DNA of 64,000 bases, taken from NCBI GenBank assembly GCA_965366365.1, contig CBDUEV010000007.1:774-64773 (forward strand). The letters are read 5' to 3'. Shown one piece after another: positions 62,738 through 64,000 of this stretch. Every line of letters starts with the position of its first letter. Position 1 is the first letter of the stretch. The translations under genes were made by a program, and so were the position numbers. Source of the stretch: an uncultured Acidimicrobiia bacterium (GTDB taxonomy: Bacteria; Actinomycetota; Acidimicrobiia; Spongiisociales; JAENVV01). Under the pieces are notes generated by a model. That model was given only the letters and a program-made list of their open reading frames with translations. It was not told where the DNA came from and did no database searches.

Positions 62738-63108
62738 CAGGAATCCTTCTTTGTGCCGTACCGGGAGCGAGCTTGACGCCGGCCACTCACCGAGGCGGTG
62801 TCCAACGCTCCGCGGATGATCTTGTAGCGGACGCCGGGAAGATCCTTCACGCGCCCACCACGAACCAAGACGATCGAGTGCTCTTGGAGGTTGTGACCCT
62901 CGCCGGGAATGTAGGCCGTGACCTCGACACCCGAGCTGAGGCGGACGCGGCAAACCTTGCGAAGGGCAGAGTTCGGCTTCTTGGGGGTCACCGTGTACAC
63001 GCGCGTACAAACGCCACGACGTTGCGGCGCTCCCTTGAGGCCGGGGGTCTTTTCCTTCTTCTGCTTGGTGCTCCGACCGTTCCGGACGAGCTGCTGGATT
63101 GTCGGCAT
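62737..63108 (-). CDS. rpsL: 30S ribosomal protein S12
   Basis: [12 protein letters not shown]...[11 protein letters not shown]... AAGGAG lies upstream of ATG 63108. Confidence 0.96.
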   Translation of the reverse strand: MPTIQQLVRNGRSTKQKKEKTPGLKGAPQRRGVCTRVYTVTPKKPNSALRKVCRVRLSSGVEVTAYIPGEGHNLQEHSIVLVRGGRVKDLPGVRYKIIRGALDTASVSGRRQARSRYGTKKDS

Positions 63109-63256
63109 CCTTCTCCTTACGCACAACAAAATGTCAGCACCGCCACGTGGTGGGCCGACCGTCTCTGCGGAGGTGGCATTCCCTGTGTGAAGCGAGCCCA
63201 GTGTGAAGTGGACCCTTTGTGAATGGGCAGGAAGCCGTCCGCAAGACCGAAAGTGG

Positions 63257-63286
63257 AGTATATGAGTTTGTCCACGTAGGGGTCAA
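63257..63286 (-). promoter_or_regulatory. Candidate sigma-70-type promoter of the str operon: TTGACC-18 nt-TATACT
   Basis: The minus strand reads ttgacc cctacgtggacaaactca tatact, about 150 nt upstream of rpsL. By-eye match only. Confidence 0.4.
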
Positions 63287-63497
63287 AACGACCACCACGA
63301 ACCGGTCGAAACGGATCGAGCCGTTCGAACCCGGTCACCTTGGACCAGGCCATGCTACCCGGGGCCGATTCGACGGGCAAGCGGCGACACGAATGGTCGC
63401 CGGAATGCCACCGGGGACAAAACCGCCCGAATCCGCTTCATCCACCACGGCGATCGGCTTGTCTGGTGGGGTGTCTCAGGAAGGTTCGTTGGAGAGG

Positions 63498-64000
63498 GTG
63501 ACGATCACGGAGTCCGGCTTGGGGGCCCCCGACGTCGTGGCGGTCGCCCGGCACGGCGCCCAGGTGTCGCTCGACCGAGAAACGGTGACGGCCATGGAGC
63601 GATCGGCATCGATCGTCGCCGACCTGGCTGCCGGGGCACGGCCCGTCTACGGCGTCTCGACCGGTTTCGGGTCCTTGGCGAACACGCCGATCCCGGCGGA
63701 GCGACGGGAGGAGTTGCAGCGGTCGCTGATCCGGTCACACGCGGCGGGAATGGGGCCGGAGGTCGAGAAGGAGGTGATCAGGGCCATGATGGTGCTCCGA
63801 GTTCGATCACTCGCCTCGGGCTTCACGGGCGCCCGACCGGCGGTGGCCGAGACACTCATGGCTCTGCTCAACCATGACGTCACTCCGGTGGTGTTCGAGT
63901 ACGGATCGCTCGGTGCCAGCGGCGACCTCGCTCCACTCGCCCACGCCGCCCTGGCGCTCATAGGGGAAGGCGAGGTCAGGGATCGATCCGGGGACCGCAT
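63498..64000 (+). CDS. hutH: Histidine ammonia-lyase, N-terminal part (runs off the window)
   Basis: Hand translation gives VTITESGL...YGVSTGFGSLAN...SHAAG...YGSLGASGDLAPLAH (the ASG MIO-forming triad). Start is GTG 63498 or in-frame TTG 63489. Confidence 0.85.
   Translation, partial: MTITESGLGAPDVVAVARHGAQVSLDRETVTAMERSASIVADLAAGARPVYGVSTGFGSLANTPIPAERREELQRSLIRSHAAGMGPEVEKEVIRAMMVLRVRSLASGFTGARPAVAETLMALLNHDVTPVVFEYGSLGASGDLAPLAHAALALIGEGEVRDRSGDR

Overview
Visibly high-G+C chromosomal segment, almost certainly actinobacterial: it carries a WhiB-family regulator, a mycothiol-type DinB enzyme, a SARP regulator, a DevR/DevS-like dormancy module and menaquinone genes. It is dense core genome with no rRNA, tRNA, CRISPR array or recognisable IS or prophage. 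Left to right the window holds: lipB (partial), a 2-oxo-acid dehydrogenase E2 and lpd. A trehalose hub follows (GH13 glucosidase, otsA, otsB, fused treS-maltokinase). Then arfB; menaquinone genes in two blocks (menE/menB/menA and menH/menD/menF) split by a two-component system and a HEAT/hydrolase pair. Next a DevR-like operon (NarL regulator, USP, CBS-BON) divergent from a GAF histidine kinase. A small thiol/redox group follows (DUF302, WhiB, PIG-L deacetylase, TusA). Then a pyruvate:ferredoxin oxidoreductase translationally coupled to a DHODH-like protein, beside a GNAT plus ADP-forming acyl-CoA-synthetase fusion and a SARP regulator. From about 40.2 kb to 63.1 kb, all on the minus strand, lies the str/S10/spc/alpha ribosomal supercluster (rpsL rpsG fusA tuf ... 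rpsJ to rplQ). I added rpmJ by hand because it is below the ORF-track cut-off. A partial hutH ends the window. I found no clearly novel multi-gene system. The strongest anomaly is inside tuf, whose internal roughly 1.1 kb uses G/T-ending synonymous codons that differ sharply from every neighbouring gene. That tract has abrupt boundaries and a 19-nt duplicated 3' end next to it, which suggests a mosaic or replaced allele. Secondary observations: a roughly 155-aa disordered tail on ribosomal protein S3; a Cys4 motif in L24; absence of infA from its canonical slot; a 234-bp perfect duplication of the E2 lipoyl domain; start-codon-overlapping divergent menH/menD; the PFOR/DHODH-like/ACD-GNAT metabolic module; and a DevR-box-like palindrome. 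Everything was done by eye and by hand translation. Start codons and motif calls are provisional, and no homology search was run.
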